NCBI GenBank assembly: GCA_026461075.1
Contig: JAPJNH010000068.1
Span: 11,047-75,046 of the forward strand
DNA length: 64,000 bases
From: Chitinophagales bacterium
Lineage (GTDB): Bacteria; Bacteroidota; Bacteroidia; Chitinophagales; CAIODY01
Reading direction: 5' to 3'
Part shown: positions 60,309 to 64,000 of the stretch, one piece after another
How positions within the stretch are numbered: position 1 is the first letter of the stretch
How the letters are laid out: each line of letters opens with the position of its first letter
The notes under the pieces: generated by a model
Told to the model about the DNA's origin: nothing
Databases searched by the model: none
What the model saw: only the letters and a program-made list of their open reading frames with translations
Translations under genes and position numbers: made by a program

Positions 60309-60336
60309 CAAAAAAACCAAGCGTTTTTGCCTTGGC
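60309..60336 (-). terminator. Intrinsic terminator downstream of the DUF6580-like gene
   Basis: On the minus strand, CCAAG pairs with CTTGG (5-bp stem), followed by an 8-nt T-run. It lies about 10 nt after the stop at 60344. Confidence 0.5.
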
Positions 60337-60343
60337 AAATATC

Positions 60344-60895
60344 TTATTGCTTTTCAGCTTGCAAAAATGTACGTGTGTATACATTATAAGCACCGAAAAG
60401 AACGGTAGTAAAAATCAAATCCCCTAAAATTGTCCATTGGAAGAATGGTAAACCCATTATATAACAATCCAACAATCCTTGAATGCTTCTAGCATAACCA
60501 CTCTGAACGTCCATCCACACTCCGAAATTACTAACTAAGAAGAAAATTAATGACGATGCCAAACTCATGCCAAGCATTTTAGCTGTACCGAAGTTTTTCT
60601 TTGCAAGTATACCTAATACATTCACCAAGATAAAACCACCGTATACATAAGCAGAATAGTGGTGAATAACACTCAAACCATTGATCTGTGAGATGATAAC
60701 GTCAGAAACAAACATTAATGAGATAGGCAATAACAAAGACATCCAACGTTTTTCAAATGTAACAGCACCAAACAACGCAATCGCTGTTACTGGCGCAAAG
60801 TTACCGAGGAATGGAACGTATGCATTCAAAATGCGCGATGCCAATGCCAAGATAATTAGGCCAAGGATGAATCCGAATTGTTTTGTTTTGCTCAT
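60344..60895 (-). CDS. Integral membrane protein, DUF6580-like
   Basis: I prefer the 183-aa form starting at MSKTKQ, because a TAnnTTTG box lies inside the longer ORF-track version. It has 5-6 hydrophobic segments. The family call is from memory and tentative. Confidence 0.45.
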   Translation of the reverse strand: MSKTKQFGFILGLIILALASRILNAYVPFLGNFAPVTAIALFGAVTFEKRWMSLLLPISLMFVSDVIISQINGLSVIHHYSAYVYGGFILVNVLGILAKKNFGTAKMLGMSLASSLIFFLVSNFGVWMDVQSGYARSIQGLLDCYIMGLPFFQWTILGDLIFTTVLFGAYNVYTRTFLQAEKQ

Positions 60896-60926
60896 TTGGT
60901 TTGAAAATTGGTTGCTTTTCGAATAG

Positions 60927-60934
60927 CAAATATA
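60927..60934 (-). promoter_or_regulatory. Candidate -7 promoter box (TATATTTG on the minus strand) for the DUF6580-like gene
   Basis: Exact TAnnTTTG match about 30 nt upstream of the ATG at 60895. Confidence 0.35.
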
Positions 60935-61060
60935 CGCCTCAAATCTAAATCTTGAAAAAATTAACAGCAATTTTAGTCAAAAAAGTAATCAACATCCGCT
61001 AATTATTATGAAAATCAATTAATTACAATCAAATATTAAAGTAGCACTTTAACAAAAGAT

Positions 61061-61924
61061 TTAAGAATAAACCTGTGCTTTGAGGCTTAAATCCATGCTT
61101 TTCACTCCGTGAGTCAAGGCGCCAACGGAAATAAAATCAACCCCACAAGCGGCAATAGCTCTAACGGAGTCGAGGTTAACTCCCCCACTTGCCTCTACTT
61201 CCACTTTTCCTGCAATGATTTCAACCGCCTCACGCATTTTATCGAGCGAGAAATTATCTAACATAATTCGATCTACAGCAGCTAATGACATCGCTTCTTT
61301 TACCTCCTCAATATTTCGTGTTTCTACCTCGATCTTCAAATATAATTTTTGTGCCTTTAAAAATTCCTGCGTAGCATTCACCGCTTTTGTGATCCCGCCA
61401 GCAAAGTCAATATGATTGTCCTTTAACATAATCATATCGTATAAACCCATGCGATGATTTTGTCCGCCACCAATTCTAACTGCCCACTTCTCTAGAAAGC
61501 GATTCATCGGTGTTGTTTTTCGTGTATCTAAAATAATCGCTTTAGTACCTTTTACTGCTTGAACATATTCATTCGTCAAAGTAGCAACCGCACTCATACG
61601 CTGCATCACATTTAACGCAAGACGTTCCGCCTTCAAAATCGTATGGACACCCGCTTTCACGCTAAACGCAATATCGCCTACTTTTACCTGTGCTCCGTCA
61701 TGCAAGTATTGCACAAACGAACAATTCGGTTCGAGATACTCAAAAATATTTTTAGCCATCTGCACACCAGCCAGAATTCCTTCCTGCTTCACTTTCAAAT
61801 CAGCCTGACCAATCGCTTCAGGAGGAATGCACGACAAAGTACTATAGTCGCCTGTGTTCACATCCTCTTGAAGCGCTAAGCGAATAAATTCTAAAACTTG
61901 CTTGTCGTCGATCTGATTATGCAT
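61061..61924 (-). CDS. nadC: Nicotinate-nucleotide diphosphorylase (carboxylating)
   Basis: 287 aa with full-length NadC similarity (DTRKTTP, IMLKDNH, MLDNF). Confidence 0.92.
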   Translation of the reverse strand: MHNQIDDKQVLEFIRLALQEDVNTGDYSTLSCIPPEAIGQADLKVKQEGILAGVQMAKNIFEYLEPNCSFVQYLHDGAQVKVGDIAFSVKAGVHTILKAERLALNVMQRMSAVATLTNEYVQAVKGTKAIILDTRKTTPMNRFLEKWAVRIGGGQNHRMGLYDMIMLKDNHIDFAGGITKAVNATQEFLKAQKLYLKIEVETRNIEEVKEAMSLAAVDRIMLDNFSLDKMREAVEIIAGKVEVEASGGVNLDSVRAIAACGVDFISVGALTHGVKSMDLSLKAQVYS

Positions 61925-64000
61925 GTGCAGCCTGTCGTTTAATTCCGTATTCTAAAATCTTATCTATAAACTGAAAAGGTTGATAATCGTTGATAGCAGC
62001 CTGATGATAAATACAAGTCGCTGGCGTCATACCAGGCAATGAATTCACCTCAATGATAATCGTCTCGGCACGGCCATCTTCATAAATGCGAACAAACGCA
62101 TCAATCCGGCAGTAGCCTTCCACATTTAATACCACCGCAGCATCTTCCAAAGTTTTCTTCACTTGCTTTGCAATCAACTTATATCGCTTTGCATCCGTCG
62201 CAAAACGTGCTGGGGTAATATTCTGACCTTGACCTGCTAAAAACTTCTCCTCTAAGCTCAATACTTCACCATCTGCTAAAGCCTCGCTAGGTTCGAATAC
62301 TTCATACATCACTTTACCTTCTTCCGTGAAATGAGTTAACATTCCGCCAGTAATTTCCATGAATTGAGCAGCGTCCCCTTTAGAAATTAATTCTTCTAAA
62401 AGAACAACCTCCTTTTGCGGGAATTCTTCCTTTGGTTTAAGATGCAAAATGGCTGCCTCCGTTTCCATAAGATCAAGCTGTTCACGATAGAGTAATTCGA
62501 GATATGCCTTTAACTCTGCAGCATTTTTAATTTTCTTCACAGCAGAGCTACAACCATCATCCACAGGCTTCGCTATAAAAGGATAAGGCAATTCCGCTTC
62601 GATAGTGGAAATCGTTGCTGCAGGGTTTGCCTTAAAATCATTTTTGTAAACTAATTTCTGCTTCGTAACGATAAAGCCTTTTGACTTTAACAGTTGAAGT
62701 GTGTCGTATTTATTTATCGTAGTTTGAGAGCTAGCGATACCTGAGCCGTTGAAAGGAATATTGAATTTCAACAATTCTTGTTGCAAGGTTCCGTCTTCTC
62801 CCGGACGACCATGAAGTGCTATAAATACGGCATCTACCAAGCCTGCTAACTCTTCGAATGAAATACGTTGTGGTGCGAATTTAACATCTGCAGCAGCAAA
62901 TAAATCCGTAACCCCTTTACATTCCTCCTTTATTTTTTCAAGGATTGGATGCGTATGATAGGTGTCGATTTTTTCTTTGATATCATCTGCATTATCTTTC
63001 AGCAATACAGAAATTGGCATTACATACATTTCCATGGAAGCCGCAGAACCTGTCAAAAAGATAGGAACAGGATCGTACTTGCCCGAAGAGGCCAACTTCT
63101 CATAAATATTTCTTCCGGATTCAATAGAGATATGACGTTCGGAGCTATAACCGCCCATAATAACGCCTACTCTTTTCTTTTGAACCGTACTTGATTTCAA
63201 CTGGCGAATGGCTTCTTCTAAGTGTGTGAACAAGTGACGGTACTGCAAAGCAGAAGCTCCAACGCCGATTCGTTTGCGAATGGAGGTATAAATTATGTAA
63301 GTTAAAAACTGACTTGGATTTAAGCCAATTTCCGCCGACTGATGAAAGAAGAACGAACTTGGCAACATGCCAGAAGTTGTATTTGGATCATTCAAAAAGA
63401 TCTTTCCTTCGTCTGTGATAAACCCATCAATACGGGCATATACATCAAACTGAACCTCTTCAAATAAACGTTGACATTCTTTGCGAATCTGTTCAATTTG
63501 TTCATCAGGCAATCGTATCGGAGTGACCTTGCGACTTAATCCTGGCATATATTTACTACGATAATCAAAGAGCTCTTGTCCTTTTACTATTTCTGTTGGA
63601 GGTAGTGCGATGGCATCTCCGTTCTCGTCTTCAATAACGATGCAAGAGAATTCGCGGCCTTTGATAAATCCTTCGATTAAAACTTCTTTTTCTCCATCAT
63701 AGGCATCGAGTTGTATCGCATCCGCACCTTCTGTAAACAGCTTAGTGAGGGTGTTTAACAAATCATCGGCCTGTTTAATTTCAACTTCAACAGATAAGTT
63801 ATGTTGTAGGGACTTGACTTGTATTGGCAAGCCTAAGCCTTCTCTAATATCAGTTAGTTCGCGAACGAAATTAATTTGTTGCGCCTCATTCATCGATTGC
63901 CACTTTGCTTTATCAATTACTTGAATAAAAAAAGCTTTGTCGATAGCAGCGACAAACTGATGTAAATCTGAATGACTTAAAATAGTAGCGCCTACAGAAG
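61917..64000 (-). CDS. Tandem D-alanine--D-alanine-ligase-like ATP-grasp protein (5' end outside the window)
   Basis: The reading frame stays open from 63893 to the window edge, so the gene is 5'-truncated. The visible sequence holds the C-terminal part of one Ddl-like ATP-grasp module (ARIDGFITDEGKIFLNDPNTTSGM) followed by a complete second one (VGVIMGGYSSERHISIESG ... RIDAFVRIYEDGRAETIIIEVNSLPGMT). Confidence 0.7.
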   Translation of the reverse strand, partial: SVGATILSHSDLHQFVAAIDKAFFIQVIDKAKWQSMNEAQQINFVRELTDIREGLGLPIQVKSLQHNLSVEVEIKQADDLLNTLTKLFTEGADAIQLDAYDGEKEVLIEGFIKGREFSCIVIEDENGDAIALPPTEIVKGQELFDYRSKYMPGLSRKVTPIRLPDEQIEQIRKECQRLFEEVQFDVYARIDGFITDEGKIFLNDPNTTSGMLPSSFFFHQSAEIGLNPSQFLTYIIYTSIRKRIGVGASALQYRHLFTHLEEAIRQLKSSTVQKKRVGVIMGGYSSERHISIESGRNIYEKLASSGKYDPVPIFLTGSAASMEMYVMPISVLLKDNADDIKEKIDTYHTHPILEKIKEECKGVTDLFAAADVKFAPQRISFEELAGLVDAVFIALHGRPGEDGTLQQELLKFNIPFNGSGIASSQTTINKYDTLQLLKSKGFIVTKQKLVYKNDFKANPAATISTIEAELPYPFIAKPVDDGCSSAVKKIKNAAELKAYLELLYREQLDLMETEAAILHLKPKEEFPQKEVVLLEELISKGDAAQFMEITGGMLTHFTEEGKVMYEVFEPSEALADGEVLSLEEKFLAGQGQNITPARFATDAKRYKLIAKQVKKTLEDAAVVLNVEGYCRIDAFVRIYEDGRAETIIIEVNSLPGMTPATCIYHQAAINDYQPFQFIDKILEYGIKRQAAHA

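Noticed and set aside
59979-60389. A 136-aa plus-strand ORF crosses prmA, the intergenic terminators and the DUF6580-like gene end.
   Set aside because: It is antisense to two genuine genes and runs straight through two minus-strand terminator hairpins. It has no motif or promoter support.

Overview
This is an AT-rich, densely packed chromosomal segment from a member of the Bacteroidota. The assignment rests on T9SS genes (a PorU-type C25 sortase, a PorV/PorQ-family barrel and two cargo proteins with C-terminal sorting domains), TAnnTTTG-type -7 promoter boxes, a BshB1-like deacetylase and a murF-alr fusion. I support about 47 protein genes, almost all housekeeping:
- Information processing and protein folding: ruvB, rpoB, rpoZ, rplK-rplA-rplJ-rplL, gyrB, ettA, prmA and a cyclophilin.
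- Envelope and energy: bamD, murF-alr and a membrane pyrophosphatase.
- Central and cofactor metabolism: folD, nadC, trxA, scoAB, an acyl-CoA carboxyltransferase and a cysteine desulfurase.
- Other: sugar-nucleotide genes.

I also list a set of clear intrinsic terminators and candidate promoters. I see no rRNA, tRNA, CRISPR array, transposase, integrase, phage gene or recognisable defence island, so the window reads as core genome rather than accessory DNA. I could not identify a convincing, self-contained novel multi-gene system. The leads most worth a second look are:
1. A 108-aa Met/Cys/His-rich tail on the membrane pyrophosphatase, immediately downstream of a TonB-dependent receptor + DUF4249 lipoprotein pair.
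2. Complete break-up of the near-universal secE-nusG-rplKAJL-rpoBC arrangement. rpoB stands alone with its own terminator, and rpoC is absent from the window.
3. An oversized (1729 aa) PorU preceded by a PorV/PorQ-family barrel and a GT-C glycosyltransferase.
4. An FNR-like regulator with a plausible Fe-S cysteine set, divergent from trxA.
5. A tandem double D-Ala-D-Ala-ligase-like protein that overlaps nadC.

All functional calls come from motif and family recognition by eye; no database search was possible.
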